A DNA stretch of 64,000 nucleotides from contig OZ024742.1 of assembly GCA_964016885.1 (NCBI GenBank), positions 77,562,001 through 77,626,000 on the forward strand, read 5' to 3'. The stretch comes from Eledone cirrhosa (taxonomy: Eukaryota). Below the pieces are notes generated by a model that saw only the letters and a list, made by a program, of their open reading frames with translations, ran no database searches and was not told where the DNA came from. A program made the translations under genes and the position numbers. Shown one piece after another: positions 42,701 to 56,316 of the stretch (position 1 is the first letter of the stretch; each line of letters starts with the position of its first letter).

Positions 42701-44177
42701 AAAAACAATTCCATATGTTTGCCAAACCTAACACATGTTTAGCTGAACTGCCATGTGCTAGACATTCATATCCCCAGGTGATATTCGCATACCATCTTGC
42801 TGCGTCTTAAACAATCAGAATATTGCCCAGTCGATAAAAATTAATTAATCAAATGGCTAATATCTGCTGAAATCTATAGAAGTAACATAGAATAACAAGC
42901 CAACAATATGTTCGCGGCTGACATCTCTTCGCAAAGACAAAATATATTCATTCACTTTACGCGGTACAAAACTATGTATTTTGTAATAACAGTAAATATA
43001 CGATGTCTTTGTGAAAACTAAGTAGCTGTAAACATCTAGTTGGTTTTTATTCGATGTTACTTCCATACATTTCAGCCGGTTTTAGCCACTTGATTAATTA
43101 GTTTTAGTCGGCTTTTGTTACTGACGAATTTATTTAGTTACAACTTCATCCGGATCGGAAAGACCAATTCCCAAAGAAAATCCTACCATGGCCATCTTAT
43201 AATGTTTCAAGTATACCGTAATTTGAACAAGACTGTCAAATATATTGTTTCCGATTTCTTCAAGGCGATAGCGTAATTTGAGTGCAATTTATCCGCTATT
43301 TTTACAGATTACAATGATCAGATACAGGCTTTACTTTTGCCTTATATATTATATATAATTTTCATAACCTCGCTGTGTTTCAAAAATAATTATTTTTCTT
43401 TGATAATCTTACCTTCCGTACTAGATGCTGCAACAATTATCTTCCATTTTTTACTACATATTTTGTTTGTATTTTCAAAATTGAGATTTGATTTTAAGCT
43501 ACATTTTTTTTAAATATATTTTTTAAATTATTTTCTGTGATAAAACGTATACATTTTGGTCTCACCATTCCGTTGTATGTAATAGATTAGAGAAAAAATG
43601 CAGCAATATGTTTCATAATATATTTATATTATCTTGGTTCTTCAGTCAACATTCATGTCAATCTATTAATTTGAAGTCTAATACCTGGCATATGTATGCA
43701 TATCGTCATATTTTTGCATAATTTCTTGTACCAGTCAGATATTTCAGTTGTAAACTTTCCTAAATGACTCCCCTGTCTCTTATAGATTTGTTTATTCATA
43801 ATTAGATGTTTCGAATTCCCTAACTTCTTTCTTTATATTTAAGATGATCTGAAGCGCATTACTAACATTCCTTTATCATTACGTGGCTTTGACATATTTG
43901 TGTAATCACAAGCTCACTTTTTACGATAATGCGGAATTCAGATACATATGTTATTACAATAGAGTTGAGTAATAAACTTATTATCTCCGTTTTTTTTTTC
44001 GTTCTTTGCCAAGGAACATTTCCACGAACCAAAGTATCGTCTTCCTATCTTCCTTCGGTTGCAACGTTTTTTGAAATATTTGCTTCTGCGTTCACAGATT
44101 GACTTTTTTAGTTTCAGAAGATCCCGTTAAAGGTTGAAAGCAGCGATTCTTTGCTTAAACTTTAATCTGTTATTTTA

Positions 44178-44263
<86 letters not shown>

Positions 44264-44268
<5 letters not shown>

Positions 44269-44510
44269 TTAAGGCCAGTTTCTACAGAGGCGATAGACCA
44301 GGTGCATACATTTATTTAGCGCCGAGGACAATATCGCTCAACTTGTGCCGATGAGAATGAACTGGAAAGTGTTTACCCAGACAAGTTGTCCCTCTAGGCT
44401 AACGAAACGCCCCACTCGGTACGGCACTGTTGTAGTAACTGCCCTTAATAATTATATTTAAACTCGCCCTAGAGACGTGCGCTGCTCTATAACTTGGATA
44501 TTACTACAAT
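44264..44510 (+). mobile_element. Small asymmetric fold-back element in (TA)n with an HHR-like remnant
   Basis: IR AATTATTAAGGCCAGTTTCTACA / TGTAGTAACTGCCCTTAATAATT, GTGCC.GATGA...GAAAC..GGCAC, and a right tail of about 57 nt. Confidence 0.55.
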
Positions 44511-44594
44511 ACTATATATATATATGTGTAGGTCTTTGTATTCCGGAATAAGGCATAATATATAGATATATAAATCTATATACATATATAAATA

Positions 44595-44651
<57 letters not shown>

Positions 44652-44652
44652 G

Positions 44653-44712
<60 letters not shown>

Positions 44713-44843
44713 GAGGTTATATTTAATTTGTTGGGATTCAACAAGCTTAAACATTTTTATAACTGATATAAAGCACTCAACCAATTAGTGGAGTAAATAT
44801 TCAATATATTAATAAATGGAAACTATATTTATAAAACCATAAT

Positions 44844-44909
44844 TATTATATTATATATATTTCAAGGGCAACAAAGGCAGATTTTCGTGCGCCTTCATCA
44901 GATAAAATA
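44844..44909 (-). ncRNA. Type-I hammerhead (left arm)
   Basis: TATTTTAT-CTGATGA-AGGCGCA...TGCCCTT-GAAA-TATATA-TA-ATATAATA. Confidence 0.8.
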
Positions 44910-45899
44910 CAAATTTGTTTTATAAATATTGACATACCCGCATAAGACAACCTTAACGGTTGAGGTTCGCTGGATAGTGGAAAAAATATTTTATTGAGGG
45001 TAATTCAAATTATGAGTAAGTATGCAAATGAGTGTCAGAAAAATTGAAAAAACAACGGTTTATTTACATTAAACTGTTGGAAGAAAGTAGTGAAAGGGAG
45101 AGGGAAAAGGGAGAGAGAAAAAATATTGAAAGGGATAGAGAAAGAATAGTGAAAGGCAGAGAGAAAAAAGAGAAAGAGAAAGAGAGAAGAAAGAAAAAGG
45201 GTGATAAAAAGGGAGATAGAAAGAGAGACAAGATGATACAGAGTGATAGTGAAGAAAATTTAAGGAAGAGCGAGCGAAGAAATGTGCTTTTCCAGGGATG
45301 GATACTCCAATCGTAAATATTACGTTCATTATGCTATGTTTATATTAAACCTAATATAGTATTAGGTTTACTATATTTATAATGATAAGTTAAAAATTAA
45401 ATTAAGAATAAATAAAAATACTGCTAATTTAATTAAAAATAAGAAGTATCTAAAATATATTAAGATGTATTAATAATATATGGGTTTAGATGTGTATGTT
45501 ATGTTATAGATGATAAATTATTTAAATGTATAGTATTTTATATTGGAAAAATATTTAGAATCTAGTTTTGTTTATTTAATTAAAGTAACTTTGGCACAAT
45601 TATATTTAGCCAGAATTTGTTAATAGTTGTAAGTCAAATCTTAAACACCTAAAAAATTCCAAAGATTACGAAAAATTACGAGAGTTTAGAAAGCATTAAG
45701 TACTTAATTAGAAGTATATACTAAAACCATTTAAAAATTCAGACTATAAATAAAGACTATAAACATTTTTTCAAAACATTCTTTCAAAACATTTAAAAAG
45801 TCTTTCAAAGAAAATTTTTTAAATTTTCGAAAACCTTCTCTTATAAGATCTTCAAGTAGTCATTCAAAAAAGGTTATGATATATTTTTATATATAAGAT

Positions 45900-47344
45900 C
45901 TTTTCTTCTCTAAAGGACATACTTTTACCTAGGAATAACGACTATCTTACATAAATTATAGAGAAATCGGACTCATTTATAAGAAGACTTAGATGGCGTC
46001 CTTTTCATTTTGATAAAAAATCAGATGAAAAGTAAAATAAATCCAACTTCGATAGGATCTTCAAATCCAAGAAAATTCCACCTACCAACAAATTATTAAT
46101 GGAATTTGAAAATGAAATAATTTCAATCATACAAAACATTAAATTTAAGAAAAACCATTTTGTAGGCCAGGATTACCTCAAAGGTCGTAAAAATAATATA
46201 GAACATTTTGAAAGAACTGAAAACATTCTTGTTAAATCTGATAAAATCAACAATCTATACGGAATGCAAAAGGATGCGTATAATAATCTTATATTGAAGG
46301 AATTAAGGAAAAATTACAACAGAGCAACCAATGATGACCTTGAAATACTAAATAGAGAAGCTTCTAATATAATGCAAAAATTAGGCATCGAAAATAGGAC
46401 TGTACCCTTTATACCTAGAAAACCAAAAATTAATTTAAAAGACCACAAAAGAGATTTTGAAATAGAATTACCAGTTAGACTTATAGCATCATCTAAATCG
46501 GACCTAGGCATAGTTAGCAACAATATAATAGATAGAATCATACCGCAACTTAAAGAAATATCTTACTTAAAATTATGGAATATGACTAATGAAGTTATAG
46601 ACTGGTTTAAGGACATAAAATATAAGCATAACAATAAATTCATTCAATTGGATATTGCAAATTATTACTCATCTATCACTCCTAATTTACTTAATAAAGC
46701 CCTTACATACGCATCTAAATATACTGATTTATCTAGCGATGAAATGCACATCATCTTAACTGAACGTAAAACCTTCATATTCTACCACTATGAATTTAGC
46801 ACAGAATATAAATAGAATCAATAATAGAAACTTAAAACTTAACCCGAATAGCATTAATACCTCTAGCAATATCCAATACAATGATACTGTTCCCAATAAT
46901 ATAAATTCTGATAAATGTAATTGTAGAATTAAACCTAACTGTCCTTTAAATAATAACTGTTTAGTTAAAAATGTAGTATACAATTGCAATGTCAAAACCA
47001 ATGATAATTCCTTTAACTATGTCGGCTCTACTTCTACTGACTTCAAATCTCTTTTCAATAACCGTAAATGTTCCTTTACGAATATTTGTAAAAAATCTTC
47101 AACCTCTCTATCCAACTTATTATGGAACTTAAAATCCAAGAATATAAACTATTATTTATCTTGGAATATTGTCTCAGAAACACGAGCCTACAGAAACACA
47201 GCTTTATCCAAATTTTGCACCCTATGCGTTGAAGAAATATTCTTTATACTAAAATGTAAGAACTCTATTAATTTGCGTAATAACCTATTTAGTTCTTGTA
47301 AGCATCGTTTAAATTCAACATTTAGATATATATATAAAATGTAA
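45900..47344 (+). pseudogene. PLE RT N-half (46099-46815) fused by deletion to linker and GIY-YIG (46790-47344)
   Basis: RRLRWR, KSDK..NLY, LKDHK, KSDLG and FIQLDI motifs, then CNCR...NCPL, NVVY.C and YVGST. The YxDD region is missing. Confidence 0.9.
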
Positions 47345-48291
47345 TATATGGTCAATCTTCCTTACATAAGGTTTTCTATATCCAAACACCTATAATCTCA
47401 TTCCTCATATTATATCCAAGAATTTAATATAATTTTAATTATATAAAATACGCTTATTACATTTTTAATTTACTCCTTAACACCTTTACTTTCTAATATT
47501 TCTACTTCATAAATATACTTTATATTATTACACTATCAATCCTACCTCCCAAAAATATATCATAACCTTTTTTAATGACTACATGAAATTCTTTTAAGAA
47601 AAGGTTTTCGAAAATTTTAAAAATTTTCTTTGAAAGACTTTTTGAAAAAATTTTTGAAAGATACGGAAAAACTATTATTTTCATATCTTCCAATATTTTT
47701 ATATCTTCCAATATTTTAAACATTTTTACTATTTATGTATTTTCATATATTTCCAAATACTTCTATATATTTGGAATAATGTATGGTTTATGTTTTAATT
47801 ATATTTTAAGATGAATTTTTATAACTTCTTATAACTTTTTAAGAGATTTTTATGTATCCTTGGAGTCATTTGAGTTTTTTTTTAATCCCTTTTAAACTTC
47901 CTTTAAACTTTCTTATTGTTTTTTATAATCTCAATATTTATAGTCTTAATTTGTAGTCTGAATTTTTAAATGGTTTTAGTATATACTTCTAATTAAATAC
48001 TTAATCCTTTGTAAAGTCTCGTAATTTTTGGAATTTTTTAGGTGTTTAAGATTTGACTTACAACTATTAACCAGAATAGCATTAATACCTCTAGGAATAT
48101 CCCTTTCACTACATTCTGCCAACAGTTTAATTTAAATAAACCGTTGCTTTTTCAATTTTTCTGACACTCATTTGCATACTTACTCATAACTTTGAATCAC
48201 ACTCAATAAAATATTTTTTCCACTATCCAGCGAACCTCAACCGTTAAGGTCGTCTTTATGCGGGTATGTCAATATTTATAAAACAAATTTG

Positions 48292-48357
48292 TATTTCATC
48301 TGATGAAAGCGCACCAAAATCTGCCTTGATTGCCCATGAAATATATATAATAAAATA
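48292..48357 (+). ncRNA. Type-I hammerhead (right arm)
   Basis: TATTTCAT-CTGATGA-AAGCGCA...TGCCCAT-GAAA-TATATA-TA-ATAAAATA. Confidence 0.78.
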
Positions 48358-48488
48358 ATTATGGTTTTATAAATATAGTTTCCATTTATTAATATATTGA
48401 ATATTTACTCCACTAATTTGTTGAGTGCTTTATATCAGTTATAAAAATGTTTAAGCTTGTTGAATGTCAACAAATTAAATATAACCTC

Positions 48489-48548
<60 letters not shown>

Positions 48549-48588
48549 GAGAGAGAGGGGGGAGAGAGAGAATGAGAGAGAGAGAGAG

Positions 48589-48632
<44 letters not shown>

Positions 48633-51064
48633 TTTGGTTTATAGTTTGTCTATGATATTTATAACCTTCGATGCTTTTATTCTATGAAACATATTCATAA
48701 AGTCAGAGCTATATAGAAGAGTAGTGGGAATAAAGCATTCACTAAAAAATCTATTTTATGAGGCCATTTGATTCATGTATTCCAGTTTAACATGACCTGG
48801 TTTATATGCTGCTTTCGTATTGGGACTGTTATGTCTATGCATGTGTTCACCATCCACGTATATGCTAATCTGTCAAAGGAGTTAGGAAATAAACAATTCT
48901 TACATATCTGTTATTGATTTTCTATTTTTAATAACTGCTAATATTAGTTCAAACATCAATTCATCTCTTTCCGAAAAATGTTTTCTGTACTTCACATAAG
49001 ATTATTATTTTCCAAATGAGCAACGAAAATTTTGGATATCATAGATGCAACGATCTTCGTATGGTGAAGAGATTATTTGTCCATAGATTTTGTTTCCCCG
49101 GAGATTATGATTTTGATTCATATTGTGTTTGCTTCATGTAACCAATATTTGATCCTGGTCTCGTACTAATTTACTGAATGTCGTTGCTAAACTTCTGTAT
49201 GCAAGCTTTAGTGGTTCCACTTGATATTGAAGACCTAATCAATTTCATAATTCTTCCAGTTGGTTGCAGTTATAAGTTGGGAATACCTATCATGCCAGAT
49301 GCCTTACTGTATTTTCCCTTTAATGTAATAATTCATTTACTTACAGCAGTGATTCATTATAACGATATATTATGCTGTAAATGTAGGCAGCGAATTGGCA
49401 GAGTCGTTGTTTCGGCTCTCTGTTTTCTGTGTCCCAATCCCGCGAAGCTGTTAAAAAACTACCAGTCAAGTACTGGGGTCGATTCTTTCTCTATATCTAT
49501 TTCTCACTTTCATTCTCTCTGTATGCTGCTGTGGAAGAAGTCTGTGTCATTCAGACCTTGCGAGGAGATAGCTCCGACAGACTTTAAAATATCTTTGAAA
49601 CGCCCTATCTGAATACTCTGCCACTACAACTGCCACGGGAGTTATGGGACCATGAATGTATGCTGTAAATTATCTCTCCACATATTCTGCCAATATATAG
49701 ACATGTATGTTGGCATCGGTTTTCTAATGTATTATGTTATGTTATAATTATTTGTTAACAATTTATACATTACTTTAGTATTCGTTTCAAATAGCTAATT
49801 TTATTTAACGAATGATCGTCGTGGTGGTCCTATCTGATATATCCTTTCAGAGACCAATATTTATACTCTTTATATTATTTTCAAGGTCCCCACCTATTTC
49901 ATAAATTTCCTTTTCATAATAGTTCATTTTGTTTACTATTTCATAAATACGAGGCGTTCTTTCATTCGTTACATTAGTATATGTTTATGTCCTTATGGAT
50001 AGGTGAATACACTGCAACAGTGTAATAACAATATAATCGAAACAAACAGCAATAACCACACGTAACGGAACATCAATCTTTTCAGAACCAACAATCCACC
50101 ACGCTAACTCGAACTCTGAACTTGAACTCCAACTTGGACTATTAACAATTGAACCGTGGAACTAATACCAACTTCCCACTTACTCAGTGCGCTACTATTT
50201 ATATGTAGTGGTTCATCCCACTCTCGCCAGGGGGGTGTCGTACTCTGGCACAACAGTATACTCTTTTAGTGTTTCTACAATTTAATATGACATATTTGCT
50301 TTCATATGTGGTACGCTTTTATGTTCCAATACTGATCACCTTGATAATGCCAGAGCTGATGAGAAACACCATATGCGGTAGGTTACATAGAACTATTACT
50401 TCCCGAATATTTTTATTTACTCAAAGATTGATGAGATGTTTCCTTTAAAGTAGATTTAACGATTTTGATATGGTCACTGCTATGTTCTGTACTATTTGCT
50501 CCAATATGTATTATTACACTTATTTTTATACAATTTCTTAGGTTATATATTTTAGTGAGTACATACTCAGAATGTTTATTAAACGTAGTTTTCCTATTTC
50601 TTCTCCTGGGATTATAGATATTGCACGTTTGCTGTTTTTGATTATTTGTGCCCACTTGTTATACATATGTCAGACGGATTAGGTGGGGCTGATTTCCTTT
50701 CCCACTGGTAAGTATTAATTTTCAAGTTTACATGCTTTCTGTGTTGATTTTCTTCACACTTACGTTTTCGAGTCATGAAAATCATATATGTTTTTGTGGT
50801 AAATATGATATAATTTTCTGTTAAAAGATTATATATATAGAGAGAGAGAGATTTAGTTCCGCAACAAATTAGCAAACCATACACGAGGACGCACCTTTCA
50901 TCTACCGGATTTTAAACCCGTGTCTTCTCTGCTGAAAATCCGCTAGGTGAAATGCGCGTTCCCGTGTAGGCTTTGGTAATGTGCTGTAGGACTCAATCTA
51001 CACTAAGCAATGTTGGGCAGCGTTCAACCAGTAACATATCAATAGATAGGAAAATACTTCTCAC

Positions 51065-51135
51065 TCCATCTGATGAAAAATTACTAGAGGGTTATTATAT
51101 AACCATCCTTGTATCTTTGAAATACATATAATGGA
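51065..51135 (+). ncRNA. Solo type-I hammerhead (PLE pLTR remnant)
   Basis: TCCAT-CTGATGA-long stem II-GAAA-TACATA-TA-ATGGA. Confidence 0.75.
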
Positions 51136-53271
51136 AATAGATAATAAAATGAAGATGTACGAATATAACCGCCTCACTTATTTATTATGTATATACATAT
51201 ATACATAATAAATAAGAGAGACGGTTATATTCGTACATCTTCATTTATATATATATATATATGTTATAGTATGTGTTGGTTAATCATCGACAAGTTAGTA
51301 TGCAGGGTAGAGCACTCGACGTTTGCGCAGGTGGGTCTGTGTACCCCGGAGTATTTGCATAAACAAGAAGTGTGAGTCAGCAGGTAAGAATTAGCTTCGT
51401 TTATTCATAGTCGCTTTCATATTTTTTTTTCTGTTCAAATTGTAGCTGCATGATTAGACACACGTACTTGATTGATTTCATTTCAATTTATTATAAACTC
51501 CCTGTCGGTTAGTGTAATAACCAGTTGGCTGTTTAGTCGTCGTTGATTTTCAATGCTCTTTTGTCACATATTATGCGTCCTCCTCAGTGACTACATTTGT
51601 AGATATTTTGTGTCTTTCATTTGTTCTGTCAGCTCACAAAAACAAAATGCTATAAAATAAAGCAAAGAAGGGACACAAAATAACTAAAGAAGTAGTGATT
51701 GAGGATGTCACAGAATGTGTGAAGAAAGGGTTTTTGACAATAAACAACAACTAAACAACAAGCTGGTTATTAAATTACCGATTGGCTGTTGATAATAAAT
51801 GGAAGTGAAAGTCAACTGTGTTTTTATTTGCAGCATAAATTCTACCAAAACAGGGGACATATAGCGAAACCAAAAGGATGGACTTTTCTCATACAGGATG
51901 ACAAAATACTAAACTGAATTGATGATTGAGGCATTTGAAGGTGTTCATCAAAAAAGCCATTGACTTTAGAATTTCCAAACGTCTGGGTTACAATGAACAA
52001 AATGGAAGCTATATCTAATTAGACAAATCAAAATACCATCCTTCAGAATATCAATTGTGACGGTGTTGTTTTATGGACCACGTACGTGGAATCTGACACA
52101 AGCGCTTGAGAAGTACTAGATGGTACATGCACAAAAATGCTTAGGGTTCTAGATACAAACTTGAATTGCTCAAGGATAGTTACGGTTTGCAGGACATTAC
52201 TGGGAAAGTAAGCAGATGTTTTACATAAGCTACTATTGTGGGAATCAATTTACGGGAGACGCAGTAGAGGAAGATCTCATCGACCCTTCAGCGATCAACT
52301 CTCAGTAAGGAGCAGTTCCCAAGTGCAACGAAAAATGGTTAATCGTTGAGAGACTTTGTAAGGAATGTTCGCATATGGTCACTATGAAGATGATAATCTG
52401 CAAATCGTTTCGAATTGTAAATATTTTCAATTGGAAACTAATCAACGTTTCTAGCCTCTCAGTCTTAACATAATAATCTGGATTATTGTTGTCTATTTAC
52501 TGCTTATAAGATATTCTCACCAAGCAAATACGATATTCTCACCAAGACTCACATTACATTTACAACAAGGGGCATCGCGCTAAACAAGAAGCCAAATCAG
52601 TATAGAACAACGCTAATAGACAATTCATTCCGGCTGAACATTTTGCTCTCCATATGAAGCCGCATTAGAAAATGTTCTTTGGCATAGACGTACTTAACTA
52701 TATCGATTTCATTAATACCTTAATTCTTGTGTACTTTAAATATATGTTGTTGAATGGAATGGATGTTCACAAGTCCAGGAAAATTGAATGTAACTTTGAA
52801 ATAAACACACATAACATATTTTATGACAATTTCATGCATACACAAACATACGCACAAAGAGATACACCTCCGCATGGCATATACACATTTATACACACAT
52901 AAATATATATATATATATCTGTATGTGTGTGTGTTTGTGTGTGTGTATGTGCGTGTGTATGCCTATGTGTGTGTTTATGCATATATATATATATATATGT
53001 AAATATATATATATATAATAATAATTGTTTCTACTTTAGGCACAAGGCCAGAAATTACCCAGTACATTACTGGTACTTTATTTTATCGACTCCGTATGGA
53101 TGAAAGGCAAAGTTAACCTCGGCGGGATTTGAACTCAGACTGTAAAGGGACGTAACTATGCTAGAAAGCATGGGTCCAACCCTCTATCGATACTGCCAAT
53201 TCACCGACCTTTATATATATAATAATAGTAATTGTAATAAATGAAAAATATATCACTATAACATCATAATT

Positions 53272-53331
53272 TATTTCGTTATATATGTTTCAAGGATACT
53301 AATATATAGTATGCACTCTTCAGACAAAATA
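53272..53331 (-). ncRNA. Solo type-I hammerhead (PLE pLTR remnant)
   Basis: TATTTTGT-CTGAAGA-..ATACTAtatatTAGTAT..-GAAA-CATATA-TA-ACGAAATA. Confidence 0.78.
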
Positions 53332-53439
53332 CAATATTTGATGTATAAAATTGCGACATACGCATAAAATAGACCTCATGCGGCCAACTTATATATATAA
53401 ATATATGTATATACATGTATGTATGTATGTATACATGTA

Positions 53440-53481
<42 letters not shown>

Positions 53482-53488
<7 letters not shown>

Positions 53489-53900
53489 ATTAAGTCAAAT
53501 ATTTAAAATTTGTCTTCGTTTATTAAAGATGTACTGCTATATATATATATATCGGTGACAGCCATCATTGGCTCTGACTTCTTCAGGCAGTCCGAATTGG
53601 TGGGTAGAGACAGGTACACATATTGTTGAAGTGTTTTTATTCCAGTCCTCAGAGAATAAAACACAACCAGGAGCTGGACGTATCGGAGTATTGGCTGAAT
53701 TCGGACTGCCTTGTGAGTTCACAGCCAATGATGGCTGTCACCGAAATATATATACCAGTACATCCTTAATAAACGAAGCCAAATTTAAAATATTTGACTT
53801 AATTATTTTATATTACTCCGGAGTAACCAAACCAACTTGCGTACTTCCCCGAGTGCTCAATCTGCATACTGAGGTGTTGGTAAACAACCAACATATAATC
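53482..53900. mobile_element. Fold-back element with a degenerate HHR in each arm and a right tail of about 90 nt
   Basis: 53482-53598 is an inverted repeat of 53697-53810. The consensus is ACTGC-CTGAAGA-..CAGCCAatgaTGGCTG..-GAAA-TATATA-TA-GCAGT. A relative of the tail lies at about 51265-51405. Confidence 0.78.
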
Positions 53901-54776
53901 AATATATATATATATCCTCATATAATCATTCCAAACGTCTATATCAGAACAAGTAAAATAATAATAAAAATATGCAACTATCCAAACCAATACTAACAAT
54001 CAACAAAAAGACCAACATTTTTAATACACTGATTTAATTGCAATTTGAAGGTCATATCTACAAATTGGTGCTGCAAAGATCATAGAATTGCTATGATTGG
54101 AAAATATATCGATTGTATCGATTGGAAGAGAAATAATCTTTTTTTAATGATTTTGTTTTTCATAGACCTTTTCATTCACTGATAGCTTTCAGCACTTGGT
54201 TATATTTTAAAGCCATTTTTATTTCAATTTCTGTTATGTTCGGTTTGTTTCTATGTAGTAATACATAGGAAAAAATAAATACAGACGTTGGTGAAGGCGT
54301 CAACTTTGATAATTAAATTTTAATGAAATTACCTTATCACACACGCTTAAGATAGCAAGCCTGACGATTTATAAAGTAAACAAAATCATTAAAAAAGATT
54401 GAATGTATTTCGTATTTTCTTTTATATTACGTTGATTGGAAATATCAATTGAGAGGTTTAACTATGGTATTGATGGGATGTGAGAAAGAAAGCTGGCAAC
54501 TTCTTTTCACTATTGATTGATTATCGATTCCATTTATCATTCATATAATTTCAATTGACACCTTTTCGTAAGCTAAAAACACGTTTTACGTTTGACTTCA
54601 TTCGTGGCTGAATCATTAAGGAGAATGTTAAAGGTTTTCGTAATGTGTTAATAGTATATCTATATACGTATACAGTAATGTAGAGCGTCATTTCGTATGA
54701 AAGTATATGTATGTTTGAAATTATAGGCATATATATACATATATAAACTATATATGTATATGATTGTGTGTGTGTG

Positions 54777-54814
<38 letters not shown>

Positions 54815-55120
54815 AATGTGAATATAAGTACATGAGTGTATATAGAGAGTTATATAGATGTCTATCAATATATAGGTGTTTCCACATTTGCATATCTGTG
54901 TCTGTATGTGTATAAATACGCAATGTAAGTCACTCTTACATAGATTGTGTTCACATATATAGAAAACCAGAGACACAGGCCGACAAAGAGACACACTCAC
55001 AAGCACACACTCAGCCATATATATATATATGTGTGTTTGTGTCTATATATATATGGTTATATATGTATATATTTATATATATATATATATATGTAATATG
55101 TATATATAGGAACCAGTAAG

Positions 55121-55214
55121 ACCCCGACAGCTGAGCTCAAGCCGTTTCGACGGCTAATTCTGGACTAAATGAAAATTTATCCTGGTATTTAAATAGCCGA
55201 TCTTCTCAAGGGGT
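55121..55214 (-). ncRNA. Type-I hammerhead, U3-A8 variant (3' pLTR)
   Basis: ACCCC-TTGAGAA-GATCGGCTA...TAGCCGTC-GAAA-CGGCtTGAGCTCAGCTG-TC-GGGGT. Confidence 0.82.
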
Positions 55215-56316
55215 AATTCCATATATGGTCAAAGTGATTGTCAAAAATCAGTAGTAATTCTGTGGTTGCAAATTAGTAGGGGAGATGGTGGCTAAACCTG
55301 CCAGTAGAAGAAAGAGGGGAGGGGGTGGAGTAGACCCAATCAAGCGTTGGTAGTGCCAGCTACAGCTGGGCATGAGGTCAAAGAAGATACAGGGGAGGGG
55401 GAGGGGGAGGAAGTCGGAACGGTAGGTAGAACAATGGGGGGTAGAAATACGAAAGAAAAAATACTGAGAGTGAAGAAAAGCAAATAAGTGTAAAGAAAAA
55501 AGTAAGGTAAATTAAATTCTACGACCTAGGTGTCAGGCTATTGTTAGGCGAGAATAAAATAAAGAAAGAAAGGAAGAAGTAAATAAATAAATAAATAAAT
55601 AAATAAGGAAATAAGTAAGAGAACTAGGTGGGACGCATAAGGCAAGGACCCTTTTAAGAGGTATAAGTACGTAAATGATACGGTGACGGGTCAACAAAAG
55701 GGGCCAAAATACTAAAGAGACTACCACGAACTAAACAATAAAGGTTTCCATCCCGGGCCAGCAACGACCCAGTGCAGCAAAGTGAACTTGTACGAGATAA
55801 TAATTCTGAGTCCCGAGAAAAAAAAATATATATATACTAATGCTAACTCTAAAAGATCTAAAACAAGCTACATGAGAGTTCGTACGAAATAAAGGTAGAA
55901 TACGGAGAAATAAATTCAGAATCCACCCCGCCCAGAAGAAAAGCGAAGCAAGAAATACTGAAACGAAAAAATAAGGAATAAGTGCCACTAAGAAATATAG
56001 AGGGCACAGAGAATAGTGGGAGCGGTCGGAAAAAGGGGGAAAGTATCCGGGGTCTAAGCCAACTGCTATAAAGGGCGGAGTCCGCCAAATCTATCAAAGA
56101 CTAGGGGGGGGGGTACTAAGGCTACATGGGGCCAAAGGGCAGCCTCGGGTGGGCGAGAAAAGACGCCGACAAAGGAGAAGAGCTGGGGTAGAAGGACAAA
56201 GGAGAGAGGGGGGAAGGAAATAAAGGAAGCGATAAAAGAATACAAAGAAGATCTTACGTCTTCCTTGGCAAGCAGGGGTTACCCATTGCAAAATCGGCAA
56301 CTGGGGTGTTATAGCC

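Larger units (their letters stand above)
44710..48491 (+). mobile_element. Naiad-like PLE with inverted pLTR arms and an internal deletion
   Basis: 44710-45080 is an inverted repeat of 48115-48491, and about 45625-45890 inverts 47550-48070. Both ends are GCAGAGG abutting (TA)n. Confidence 0.9.

Noticed and set aside
40100-44170. Possible host-gene exons in the repeat-poor stretch
   Set aside because: There is no ORF with recognisable protein similarity and no convincing exon. Short exons cannot be excluded without RNA-seq.
51505-51782. Diverged inverted repeat (about 51505-51580 versus 51700-51780) and a possible decayed transposase downstream
   Set aside because: Pairing is loose, and there is no TSD, HHR or recognisable catalytic motif.
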